Assembly (NCBI RefSeq): GCF_021246445.1
Contig: NZ_JAJQXW010000001.1
Span: forward strand, 1,196,168 to 1,260,167
Source of the DNA: Rhabdothermincola salaria
GTDB lineage: Bacteria; Actinomycetota; Acidimicrobiia; Acidimicrobiales; Acidimicrobilacustridaceae
Length of the DNA: 64,000 nt
Direction of reading: 5' to 3'
A model generated the notes under the pieces. That model was not told where the DNA came from. It made no database searches and saw nothing but the letters and a program-made list of their open reading frames with translations. Positions 13,201-22,489 of the stretch are shown here, piece after piece. Each line of letters opens with the position of its first letter. Position 1 is the stretch's first letter. Position numbers and translations under genes: made by a program.

Positions 13201-13716
13201 GCCGACCTCGAGGAGCCGGCGGGGATCGTGCCAGTCGACCACCTTGGCTCCCACGAAGCCGGCATTGGACCGGAAGGCCTCCTCCACCATGATCTGCACG
13301 GTGTCGGGTTCGAGGCGGACGTCGTCGTGGCACAGCAGGTGGAAGGCCGCCCCCTGCACGGAGCGCACGCCCTCGTCGGCCGCGGGACCGAACCCCGGGT
13401 TGTGCTCGAGGCGCCGCAGGTGAGCACCGGGGAGGGTGGCGGCCACCCGGGCCCGGAGGCCTTCGGGGTCGGCGCTGGCCGCGTCGACGACCAGCACCGA
13501 CGTGTTGGCATAGCGCTGGGAGCCGATGCTCGCCAGGGTCTCCTCGAACCACCAGCCCGGGTCGTGGGTGACCAGGACGACCACCACCGGAGGCACCGCC
13601 TCGGGCAGCGGTCCGGTCGAATCGGACGCGACGTCACCCGCGGCCGGATCGGCGGGCTGGGGGTCTCGGCCGGGCAGGCTCGAGTCCCGTTGGGGGTTCT
13701 CATCCGGGACAGTCAC
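10240..13716 (-). CDS. GT2 glycosyltransferase fused to a large multi-TM domain
   Basis: VVVLVTHD, LVVDAAS, NPGFG, LCHDD, GGFDP, GEDLELCWRA followed by more than 10 TM segments; start estimated at GTG 13716. Confidence 0.85.
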   Translation of the reverse strand: MTVPDENPQRDSSLPGRDPQPADPAAGDVASDSTGPLPEAVPPVVVVLVTHDPGWWFEETLASIGSQRYANTSVLVVDAASADPEGLRARVAATLPGAHLRRLEHNPGFGPAADEGVRSVQGAAFHLLCHDDVRLEPDTVQIMVEEAFRSNAGFVGAKVVDWHDPRRLLEVGMGADRFGQPSPYVERGDLDQAQHDGVRDVFYLPGAATLVRADLFEALGGFDPEIGFHGEDLELCWRAHVAGARVVVAPAARVGHLEALGLRRPLDDRRRLQARHRLRAMRACTTTGTRLRTTPVAFLIALVEVVQSVVLGRFRHARDVASAWTWNARHAKGTRARRRSLAGLRQVSDREVRALQVRGSARLSAYLRGQLGRNSTHARDVVSNVREARATTSLLVMGLLVLFLVVGSRELLWGSLPAVGDLPRFDAPGELLGRWLSGYDATGLGSTDASATGLGVFGGLGALLFGATGFLRTVAVLAPLFLGLFGMFRLARPIGSRRGRLVATAVYALVPVGTNALSTGRWAGIVAFGMAPWVISVLASVSQVAPYGEDGGAAGPGVRRRPLLQRVVALGAIVAVAAVVDPSLLLVLPLCGAGLVLGGLLAGQFAGAVRLVVATVGGTALALVLHLPWSLTFLDGWSAIVAPTSLAGRELDLGALLRFGTGPLGAGVASGLFALTAVLPLLIGRRWRVGWAVRAWGVALVGFASVFVGAQGWLSFDQPTPEVLLAPAAVGLALAAGLGMVAFEVDLPDYHFGWRQIVSLVAAGAFLVALVPAIGSTWSGRWELPRGDFRRALTFMSDEAEEQPFRALWLGDAGVLPGVGWALEAPEIDDLGPERTLAYLTTEAGVPTLAGQWPGAATGATPELADAVRAASSGDTSRLGELLAPMGVRYVVVPLGPAPDPYAEDRRYDPADLVAVLESQLDLDGVTVNPGVRVFENAVWGASPALLPPDTAIGDGATDEGAVAQTIPGLAGAGPALSFDAVGTHATGTLDSPGVVYLAEGGGDRWTLEVDGRDAPRSDAFGWASAFTVDTSGPATLSFATPASRWLALAGQVLLWVLALGYLLRVRVVEDERDELELAAPLAPERVVVRPPTERPSRTPRRAPRDRPEADTGPDTVAEEPMAEEPAPDDVTRVVPAITVEGAPRGRRGRRGKGKYAR

Positions 13717-13778
13717 GACGGGAGGCGAGGGTACTCCCCTCTCCCTGACACGGGGTTCACCCCCGATACGCTCTCGAC

Positions 13779-13982
13779 ATGGCCGACGATCCCCTGCACG
13801 AGGCCGGACGCGTCGCTCGCGAGACGCTCTACGTGGGCGTCGGGCTGGGGCTGTTGGGCTTCCAGGCGCTCCAGGTGCGCCGACGCGAGCTCGAGCGGGA
13901 GCTCGGTGTCGCCGTCCCTCCCCGACCAGCCGACCTGACCCGGCTCCTCGATCGCATCGCCGGTCGGGGCGAGCCGGGGTGA
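13779..13982 (+). CDS. Small hypothetical protein (67 aa)
   Basis: One hydrophobic helix (LYVGVGLGLLGFQ) plus a basic/coiled segment; TACGCT box 6 nt upstream; GTGA overlap with the next gene. Confidence 0.6.
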   Translation: MADDPLHEAGRVARETLYVGVGLGLLGFQALQVRRRELERELGVAVPPRPADLTRLLDRIAGRGEPG

Positions 13983-15109
13983 GGGTCGCCCTCGACGCCA
14001 CCTCGCTGCTCGGACCCCGCACCGGCGTCGGCACCTTCACCGCCGAGCTCCTGGCCGCCCTGGCCGCCCGCCACGACGAGCCCCCGCTCGAACTGACCGC
14101 CTTCGGCCTCACCTGGCGGGGCCGCGAAGACCTGCGCCCCCTCGTCCCTGCCGGCATCGACGTGGTCCGCCGACCGATGGCGGCCCGCCCGCTGCGCGAG
14201 CTCTGGCAACGGATCGACCTGCCCCCGGTGGAGTGGTGGACCGGACCCGTCGACGTGGTCCACGGCCCCAACTTCGTGGTGCCTCCGGCCCGCCGGGCCG
14301 CCGAGGTCGTCACCGTGCACGACCTCACCTGCGTCCGCTTCCCCGAGATGTGCACCCGCGACGTGCTGGCCTACCCGGGCCTGCTCCGGCGCGCCATGGC
14401 TCGCGGCGCCTGGATCCACACCGTGTCCACGTCCGTCGCCGACGAGGTGGCGGCCACCTTCGCCATCGACCCCGCTCGGGTCCGCACCGTCCCCAACGGC
14501 GCACCGGCCCCGCTGGACCCAGACCGGCTCGGTCCCATGGCTGCCCGGGGGCGGCACCTGGCCGGCTCCACCGACTACGTCGTGGCCCTCGGCACGCTCG
14601 AGCCCCGCAAGGACCTGCCCACGCTGGTCCGCGCCTTCGACGTGGTCGCCGCCGAGCAGCCCGACATCGGCCTGGTGATCGCCGGGCCCGACGGCTGGGG
14701 CGCCGACGCCGTGGCCACGGCCATCGCCGCCGCCCGCCACCGCAACCGCATCCGGCGCCTCGGATGGGTCACCGACGCCGACCGCGACGCCCTCCTGGCC
14801 GGCGCCCGCGTCTTCGCCTACCCCTCGCTCTACGAGGGGTTCGGCCTCCCTCCCCTCGAGGCCCTCGCTCACCGCACCCCTGTCCTCGCCACCCGGGCCG
14901 GGGCGTTGCCCGAAGTCCTCGTCGACGCCGCCGAGTGGGCCCAGCCCGGCGACCCCGACGACCTGGCCGCCGGCCTGTTCCGCCTGCTCGACGACGACGA
15001 CCGATGCCGAGCCCTGGTGCACGCCGGGCTGGCCCGCCTCGACGCCTTCTCCTGGGAGCGCACCGCCGATGGCCTGGTCACGCTCTACCGCGACGCGTGG
15101 CACGGGTAG
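13979..15109 (+). CDS. GT4 glycosyltransferase (mannosyl/rhamnosyltransferase-like)
   Basis: TGVG, VVTVHDL, GTLEPRKDL, YPSLYEGFGLPPLEA. Confidence 0.92.
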   Translation: MRVALDATSLLGPRTGVGTFTAELLAALAARHDEPPLELTAFGLTWRGREDLRPLVPAGIDVVRRPMAARPLRELWQRIDLPPVEWWTGPVDVVHGPNFVVPPARRAAEVVTVHDLTCVRFPEMCTRDVLAYPGLLRRAMARGAWIHTVSTSVADEVAATFAIDPARVRTVPNGAPAPLDPDRLGPMAARGRHLAGSTDYVVALGTLEPRKDLPTLVRAFDVVAAEQPDIGLVIAGPDGWGADAVATAIAAARHRNRIRRLGWVTDADRDALLAGARVFAYPSLYEGFGLPPLEALAHRTPVLATRAGALPEVLVDAAEWAQPGDPDDLAAGLFRLLDDDDRCRALVHAGLARLDAFSWERTADGLVTLYRDAWHG

Positions 15110-15167
15110 TGTCGGCACCACGCCCCCACCGAGCAGCGGGGCCCGTCCCGAGGGAAGCGAAGAGTCG

Positions 15168-16088
15168 ATGAGGGTGCTCGTGACCGGTGCGGCCGGGTTC
15201 GTGGGGAGGCACTTGTCGGCGTACCTGGAGGCTCAGGGCGACGTGGTGGTGGGGGTGGACCGTTCCGATGGTCCGGACCTCGGCGATGGTGCGGGGTGGG
15301 CGTCGTTGGTGGAGCGGGTGGCGCCCGATGCGGTGTACCACTTGGGTGGGTGGAGTGATGTGGGGGCGTCGTGGGACGACCCGGCGGCGGCGTTCCGGGT
15401 GAATGCGGAGGGCACGTTGCACGTGTTGCAGGCGTGTGTGGGGTCGGGGTCGAGGCCGAAGGTGTTGGTGGTGTCGTCGGCCGATGTGTACGGGCAGGTG
15501 GCGCCGGAGCGGTTGCCGATCGGCGAGGGTGCGGAGTTGTGTCCGATCACGCCGTATGCGGCGTCGAAGGTGGCGGCGGACTACCTGGGGGTGCAGGCTC
15601 ATCGGGGGTATGGCCTGGAGGTGGTGCGGGCGCGGGCGTTCAACCATCTGGGGCCGGGGCAGACGGCGCGGTTCGTGGCCCCGGCGATCGCGGCGCGGAT
15701 CGTGGCCAACGAGGCCACCGGCGCTGATGTGGTGCCGGTGGGCAATGTGACGCCGCGGCGGGACTTCACCGATGTGCGTGATGTGGTGCGCGCCTATCGG
15801 GCGTTGATCGTCGACGGGGTTCCCGGGGAGGCCTACAACGTGTGCTCGGGGGTGGATCTGGCCATCGGGGAGCTGGCCGAGCGTCTGGTGGGCCTGGCGG
15901 TGGCGCCGATGCGGTTGGTGCCCGACCCGGACCTGCAACGCCCGGTGGAGACCCCGGTGCTGCGCGGCGACAACACCAAGTTGCGCGCCGCCACCGGTTG
16001 GGCGCCCGAGATCGATCTCGACACCACGCTCGCCGACATCCTCGACGAGCACCGTCGGGCCCGGCGTCCCGCCTCGAGCACCCCGTGA
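15168..16088 (+). CDS. rmd: NAD-dependent epimerase/reductase, likely GDP-4-keto-6-deoxy-D-mannose reductase (Rmd)
   Basis: [44 protein letters not shown]; adjacent to gmd. Confidence 0.75.
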   Translation: MRVLVTGAAGFVGRHLSAYLEAQGDVVVGVDRSDGPDLGDGAGWASLVERVAPDAVYHLGGWSDVGASWDDPAAAFRVNAEGTLHVLQACVGSGSRPKVLVVSSADVYGQVAPERLPIGEGAELCPITPYAASKVAADYLGVQAHRGYGLEVVRARAFNHLGPGQTARFVAPAIAARIVANEATGADVVPVGNVTPRRDFTDVRDVVRAYRALIVDGVPGEAYNVCSGVDLAIGELAERLVGLAVAPMRLVPDPDLQRPVETPVLRGDNTKLRAATGWAPEIDLDTTLADILDEHRRARRPASSTP

Positions 16089-16185
16089 CCGCCGACCTGT
16101 CGGTTCCGGGCCCCGGGGCGGTCGCTCCTACACTCGTCTGCTTGCCCTGTGCTGCTCGTCGGCACCCGATCGTGATGGTGGTTCC

Positions 16186-17166
<981 letters not shown>

Positions 17167-17187
17167 CCCCGCCATGACCCCCACCCC

Positions 17188-18162
17188 ATGATCACCGTCA
17201 TCGCCGGCGGCGTCGGGGCGGCCCGCCTCCTGGCCGGGCTCGTACGGGTCGTCGACCCCGCCGAGGTGGTCGCGGTGGTGAACGTGGGCGACGACCTCGA
17301 GCTGCACGGGCTGCGCATCTGCCCGGACCTCGACACCATCACCTACACCCTCGCCGACGCCGTCGACCCCGATCGGGGGTGGGGCCTCCGGGACGAGTCG
17401 TGGCAGGCCATGGAGATGGTCGGCCGCTACGGCGGCGAGAGCTGGTTCGGGCTCGGCGACCGTGACCTCGGCACCCACCTCTACCGCACCCAACGCCTCG
17501 CCGAGGGAGCCGACCTCGTCGCCGTCACCGAGGAGATCACGCGGGCATGGGGGCTGGCGCTACGCCTGCTGCCCGTCACCACCGATCGGCTGCGCACGAT
17601 GGTCACCCTCGGCCAGGACGACGCTCCCGGACCCGACTCCCCCGGGCTCACCGCCGGCACCGAGGTGGGGTTCCAGGAGTACTTCGTCCAGCGCCGCCAC
17701 GCGGTTCCCGTGGCCGCCGTGCGCGTCGACGGGGCCGACCTGGCCCGACCGGCCCCGGGCGTCCTCGAGGCCATCGCCGACGCCGACGTCGTGGTCGTGG
17801 CACCGTCCAACCCGATCGTCTCGATCGCTCCCGTGCTCGCCGTACCCGGGGTCCGGCGGGCCCTGGTGGCCCGACGCGACGACGTGGTCGCCGTGTCGCC
17901 CATCGTCGCCGGCGCCGCCCTCAAGGGCCCGGCCGACCGGCTCATGACCGAGCTCGGTCACGAAGCCTCCGTGGTGGGTGTGGCCCGGCTCTACGCCCCC
18001 TTCGCCGCCACCCTGGTCGTCGACGAGGCCGACCTCGACGCCGCGAACATCATCGAGGCCGAGGGCATCCGGCCGGTCGTCGCCCCCACGGTGATGCGCA
18101 CACCGCAGATCGCCGCCGAGCTCGGCCGCGTCGTCATCGACGCCGGGCGGGGCCTCGCATGA
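17188..18162 (+). CDS. cofD: 2-phospho-L-lactate/phosphoenolpyruvate transferase (F420 biosynthesis)
   Basis: GGVGAARLL, NVGDD, GLRICPDLDT, WFGLGDRD, FQEYFV, PSNPIVSI, KGPAD. Confidence 0.95.
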   Translation: MITVIAGGVGAARLLAGLVRVVDPAEVVAVVNVGDDLELHGLRICPDLDTITYTLADAVDPDRGWGLRDESWQAMEMVGRYGGESWFGLGDRDLGTHLYRTQRLAEGADLVAVTEEITRAWGLALRLLPVTTDRLRTMVTLGQDDAPGPDSPGLTAGTEVGFQEYFVQRRHAVPVAAVRVDGADLARPAPGVLEAIADADVVVVAPSNPIVSIAPVLAVPGVRRALVARRDDVVAVSPIVAGAALKGPADRLMTELGHEASVVGVARLYAPFAATLVVDEADLDAANIIEAEGIRPVVAPTVMRTPQIAAELGRVVIDAGRGLA

Positions 18163-18875
18163 GCCGCCTGAGCGTCTTCGGCCTCGACGGGATCGGTGAG
18201 ATCCGCCCCGGCGACGACCTGGCCGGCATCATCGCCGCCGCCGCTGCTGCCTCCCCCGACACCCAGCTGGTCGACGGCGACGTGCTCGTCGTCACCCAGA
18301 AGGTCGTCTCCAAGGCCGAGGACCGCCTCGTCGCCGTCGACCCCGACGACCCCCTCGCCCACAAACCACTGGTCGAGCAGGAGTCGGTGCGGGTGCTGCG
18401 CCGCCGGGGCGAACTGGTCATCAGCGAGACCGCACACGGCTTCGTGTGCGCCAACGCCGGCATCGACCTGTCCAACGTCGACCGCGGCTACGCGGCCCTG
18501 CTCCCGGTCGACTCGGACCGCTCCGCCCGACGCATCCGCGACGGGCTGCGCCACCGCATCGGTGTCGACGTGGCTGTCATCGTCTCGGACACCTTCGGGC
18601 GTCCGTGGCGGCGCGGGGTCACCGACGTGGCCATCGGTTGCGCCGGCATCGCCGCCGTGGTCGACCTCCGGGGCACCCCCGACGCGCTCGGTCGCGAGAT
18701 GCAGGTCACCGAGGTCGCCGTGGTCGACGAGATCGCCGCCGCCGCCGAGCTCGTCATGGGCAAGTCCAGTGGCGTCCCGGCGGCAGTCGTGCGTGGCGTC
18801 GACCCATCGTGGCGACGCGACGGCAGCGTCCACGACGAGATCGTCCGCTCCCCCGCCGACGACCTCTTCCGTTAG
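18159..18875 (+). CDS. cofE: Coenzyme F420-0:L-glutamate ligase (single domain)
   Basis: EIRPGDDL, TQKVVSKAE, CANAGIDLSN, SDTFGRPWRRG, DLFR end; ATGA overlap with cofD. Confidence 0.95.
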   Translation: MSRLSVFGLDGIGEIRPGDDLAGIIAAAAAASPDTQLVDGDVLVVTQKVVSKAEDRLVAVDPDDPLAHKPLVEQESVRVLRRRGELVISETAHGFVCANAGIDLSNVDRGYAALLPVDSDRSARRIRDGLRHRIGVDVAVIVSDTFGRPWRRGVTDVAIGCAGIAAVVDLRGTPDALGREMQVTEVAVVDEIAAAAELVMGKSSGVPAAVVRGVDPSWRRDGSVHDEIVRSPADDLFR

Positions 18876-18878
18876 ATC

Positions 18879-19430
18879 GGCGCCCTCCTCCAACGCACGT
18901 CGGGACGCGGTGTGGGCGGGTCGCTGGCGCTCCCATCGCCCACCTGACGGCAGGCGTCAGCCCACTTGCGACAGCCGACGCTGCGCAGCAAGGAGGCTCA
19001 GCACGCGGACGCGCTTCGCCGAAGGCGGCGCAGGGAGGCTTGCCGACCGAAGCAAGATGTCACGCCCGCCGAGCCGCACTCGCTCCCGTGCGCGCGTCAG
19101 AACCGTGGCACGGGCCACCCCCCGGAACCCACTCGGCCCCGAAAGGACAGACCAGGTCCGTGCCGGCTCGCAACAGGCGACGACCGCAGGGAGGAGCCTC
19201 AGACCGGCCACGCGCTTCGCCGAAGGCGGCGAAGGGAGGCTTGCTGTGCCCATGGCGCCCTCCTCGCGAGCTCGTCGGGACGCAGTGTGGGCGGGTCGCT
19301 GGCGCTCCCGTCGCCCACCCGGCTCCACGCCTCGGCCGACTCCCGAACAGCCGCAGGAGCGCAGCGACGGAGGCTCAGCCAGCTCTCGCGTTTCGGCGAA
19401 GCCGGCGGAGGGAGGCTTGCCGACCGGAGC
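18879..19430. repeat. Mosaic of two palindromic repeat families (A x2, B x3), REP/BIME-like
   Basis: A: GGCGCCCTCCTC..CGTCGGGACGCRGTGTGGGCGGGTCGCTGGCGCTCCCRTCGCCCACC at ~18879-18944 and ~19254-19319. B: ..CGCGYTTCGSCGAAGSCGGCG..GGGAGGCTTGC at ~18971-19053, ~19173-19244 and ~19347-19430. Confidence 0.9.
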
Positions 19431-19436
19431 TGAGTG

Positions 19437-20432
19437 TTACGGCATGTGGACGGCGTGGAGCTCGGCGGCGGGCTCGACGACGACATCGTCGCCGAGGACG
19501 CTGAGCTCGTCGACGATCGCACCCGCACCGACAGTGGCGCCGGGGCCCACCAGCGACGCCGTGACCCGGGCGCCGGCCGCGACCCGTGCCCCGGGCATCA
19601 CGACGGCGTCGCGGACGACGGCACCGGCTTCGACGCTGGCGCCGGCCATCACCACGCTGTGGGTCACGTCCGCACCGTCGGCCACCTGTGCCGACGGGTG
19701 CAGCCCGACCTCGGGGTCGCCTCGCACCCCGTCGATGAGGTCGAGTTGCACCTGGAGGTACGTGGACGGCGTGCCGGCGTCGACCCAGTACGCCTCGCTC
19801 CCCACCGCGTACAGGCGGGCGTCGTCGACCATGGCCGGGAACGTCTCCCGCTCGATGGAGACCTTGCGGCCGTCGTCGATGCGGTCCACGACCGACGGCT
19901 CGAGCACGTAGGTGCCGGCGTTGATCCAGTTGGTGGGGGCGGTGCCGGGAGGAGGCTTCTCGATGAAGGCCCGCACCCGTCCGTCGTCGTCGGTGTCGAC
20001 GACGCCGTAGCGCGAAGGATCGTCGACCGGGGTCAGGGCGATGGTGCCCTCGGCCCCCCGCTCGTGGTGGAGCTTCCACAGGATGCTCACGTCGAGGTCG
20101 GTGAGCACGTCGCCGTTGACCACGACGAACGTCTCGTCGATGCCGGCCGAACGGGCGGCGAAGCGCACCGCCCCGGCCGTGTCGAGCGGCTCGGGTTCGA
20201 CTGCGTAGTGCAGGTCCACGCCGGCGCACCGGCCGGTCGGGTAGGCGTCGACGAAGGCGTCCGGGCGATAGCCGAGGCTGAGCACTGCTTCGCTGACGCC
20301 GTGGGCGGCCAGCGAGCCGATCACCCGCTCGATCATGGGCCGGTCCACGATCGGCAGCATCTGCTTGGGGGTGGCGAGGGTGAGGGGCCGGAGCCTGGTG
20401 CCGAAGCCGCCGACCAGGACGACGGCCCTCAC
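19437..20432 (-). CDS. NDP-sugar pyrophosphorylase (mannose-1-phosphate guanylyltransferase-like)
   Basis: LVGGFGTRLRPLT..PKQMLP, EPEPLDTAGA, NGDVL, FIEKP, INAGTY, C-terminal hexapeptide repeats; start GTG 20432. Confidence 0.92.
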   Translation of the reverse strand: MRAVVLVGGFGTRLRPLTLATPKQMLPIVDRPMIERVIGSLAAHGVSEAVLSLGYRPDAFVDAYPTGRCAGVDLHYAVEPEPLDTAGAVRFAARSAGIDETFVVVNGDVLTDLDVSILWKLHHERGAEGTIALTPVDDPSRYGVVDTDDDGRVRAFIEKPPPGTAPTNWINAGTYVLEPSVVDRIDDGRKVSIERETFPAMVDDARLYAVGSEAYWVDAGTPSTYLQVQLDLIDGVRGDPEVGLHPSAQVADGADVTHSVVMAGASVEAGAVVRDAVVMPGARVAAGARVTASLVGPGATVGAGAIVDELSVLGDDVVVEPAAELHAVHMP

Positions 20433-21190
20433 GGAGCGACCGTGGTGCCCGGGTCGTCGCTGGCGGTGGGTGCCTCGGTGGGGTCGGTGGACCCGCTCGG
20501 GACCTGCTCGACGGGTGTGTCGAGGCCGTCGGGGATGTCGGAGGTGACACCTCCACCCGGCATGTCGCTGAGCTGATCGAGCTGGGGCACGCTCGGCGGG
20601 CGCGGGATCTCGGCGCCGGCGGGGGCCACGGCGATGGTGACCGCCAGGCGATCCTCGTCGAAGCGCACACCCCCCATGTCGTCGGTGACGACGGTGCCGG
20701 GGTCGTCGGGATCGTCGGCCGGCCAGACGGTGACGCTGACCTCGGCGGGTTCGCCGCCGCAGTCGTAGCCGTCGTCGTAGGTCGTGCCCTGGTAGGTGAA
20801 CGAGCCGGAGCCGAACGACCACCCGACCATCTCGCCCAAACCGCCGAGGGTGGCGTTGCGGCCGGCGTAGCCGTTCACGAACGGGTGGAGGTGGGCCACC
20901 CCGTCGTCGTGGGTGTGCAGGCCCGTGGTGTCGGGGCCCACATCGGAACCCGCGGGCAGGAAGGTGTCGCAGACGTAGATGCCGTAGGCGGCGTGCCAGT
21001 GCTCACCGACGCGAGGGCTCTCGGCGGCGGCTTCCTGGTTGGCGCCTCGGGCGACGACGACCAGCACGGCGCCCACGACCACGATGGCCAGGATGCTCAA
21101 GGGGAACGCCAACTGGCGCTTGGGTGCGGATGGTGAGCCGCCGGCGCGTGCAGCGCGGGCGACTTTCTTGGCCGAGGACGCTTTGCCCAT
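20429..21190 (-). CDS. Hypothetical membrane-anchored protein with His-rich motifs
   Basis: Basic N-terminus, one TM, HWHAAYGIYVC, GLHTHDDGVAHLHP; overlaps the start of the NDP-sugar synthase. Confidence 0.75.
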   Translation of the reverse strand: MGKASSAKKVARAARAGGSPSAPKRQLAFPLSILAIVVVGAVLVVVARGANQEAAAESPRVGEHWHAAYGIYVCDTFLPAGSDVGPDTTGLHTHDDGVAHLHPFVNGYAGRNATLGGLGEMVGWSFGSGSFTYQGTTYDDGYDCGGEPAEVSVTVWPADDPDDPGTVVTDDMGGVRFDEDRLAVTIAVAPAGAEIPRPPSVPQLDQLSDMPGGGVTSDIPDGLDTPVEQVPSGSTDPTEAPTASDDPGTTVAP

Positions 21191-21202
21191 AGGGCGGACA
21201 GG

Positions 21203-22489
21203 CTAGTGGCCCGCAGCACCGCTGCCGTCGCGCCGCCGACGCCCGGCGAGCTCGTCGAAGAGCTCCTCGTAGGCGGCGGCCACCGCCGCAGGTGAGGCCC
21301 AACCCTCGACGAACTGCCGGCCCGCCGCACCCATCGCCGACGCCCGGGCCGGATCGTCGAGCAGCTCACCGACCGCACCGGCGAACGCATCAGGGTCCTC
21401 GGGGGGCACGGACAGCCCGGCACCGGCTCGCTCGACCGTGCGCTCCACCTCGGTGCCGGGGTCGACGCTGGCCACCAGCGGCCGGGCGGCGGCGAGAATC
21501 GAGTACAGCTTGGAGGGGACGCTCGACCAGGCCAGACCCCGCTTCAGCGGCACCACGTGCACGTCGGCGGCCGCCAGCACCTCCGGGAGGTGTTCCTTGG
21601 GTTGCATGTCGACGAAGCGGACGTTGGCGAGCCCCCGCGCCTGATCCTCGAGCTCGGGGCGCGCCGCGCCACCGCCGTTGACGACGAACACCACGTCGGG
21701 GCGTTCGTCGGCGAAGCGCCGGGCGGTGGCCAGCACCATGTCGAGGGACTGGGACAGGCCCACGTTCCCGGCGTACATGACGACCTTTCGGCCCACGAGG
21801 TCGTGGTCGCGCCGATAGGCGTTCTCGGTGGGGCCCGGTCGGATCCAGTCGGTGTCGACGAAGTTGGGGATCACCCGCACCTTGGCGGCCTGGCGGGCCG
21901 AGCTCGACGGCTCGACCCCTGCGGTGATCTTGGCCCGGACGTTGTCAGCCAGGTCGTCGGACAGCACGGTCACGGCGTCCGACAGGCGGTAGGTGGTGCG
22001 CTCCAACCACCGGGCGGCGGCGATCACCCGCTCGCCCTGGAGCAGACCGAGCTCCACCGCCACGTCGGGGAAGACGTCCTGGATGTTGAACACGAACGGC
22101 ACCTGTCGGGCCCTAGCCACCGACCACCCGGCTGGCCCCAGCGTCAGCGGCGGCGACATGGAGAGCACGGCATCGGGACGGCGGGACAGCCCCCCGACGA
22201 CGGTCGCCAGGGCGGTGAACCCCCCGAAGGCCAGAGCTCGGGCCGGGATGTTGCGCTTGTCCGTGGGGAACGGGTGCACCCGGCTGACGCGACCCCACCC
22301 GGTGTCCTCGTTGCGGACCAGGCGTCCTTCCCATCCCGGCTCGATGGCATGGCGCTGGTACCAGGGCAGCGACGTCACCACGTGCAGGTGGTGGCCTCGC
22401 TCGACCAACTCGTGGGCGATGCGGGTCATCACCTCACCGGTCGGGGCCACGTCCGGGGCGAAGTGGGGGCACAGCACGACGAGGTTCAC
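21203..22489 (-). CDS. GT4 glycosyltransferase, WcaI/WbuB-like
   Basis: CPHFAPD, SPPL, IQDVFPD, YAGNVGLSQ, SVPSKLYSILAA; start GTG 22489. Confidence 0.9.
   Translation of the reverse strand: MNLVVLCPHFAPDVAPTGEVMTRIAHELVERGHHLHVVTSLPWYQRHAIEPGWEGRLVRNEDTGWGRVSRVHPFPTDKRNIPARALAFGGFTALATVVGGLSRRPDAVLSMSPPLTLGPAGWSVARARQVPFVFNIQDVFPDVAVELGLLQGERVIAAARWLERTTYRLSDAVTVLSDDLADNVRAKITAGVEPSSSARQAAKVRVIPNFVDTDWIRPGPTENAYRRDHDLVGRKVVMYAGNVGLSQSLDMVLATARRFADERPDVVFVVNGGGAARPELEDQARGLANVRFVDMQPKEHLPEVLAAADVHVVPLKRGLAWSSVPSKLYSILAAARPLVASVDPGTEVERTVERAGAGLSVPPEDPDAFAGAVGELLDDPARASAMGAAGRQFVEGWASPAAVAAAYEELFDELAGRRRRDGSGAAGH

Noticed and set aside
10762..13938. Very long antisense or alternate-frame ORFs (also 39189-42470, 29557-31857, 58025-60091 and others)
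   Set aside because: Shadow ORFs expected at high GC; each overlaps a well-supported gene and has no motifs
18879..19430. CRISPR array or protein-coding ORFs in the repeat region
   Set aside because: Two repeat types, degenerate, irregularly spaced, no cas genes; the overlapping ORFs are Arg/Pro-rich with no family motifs
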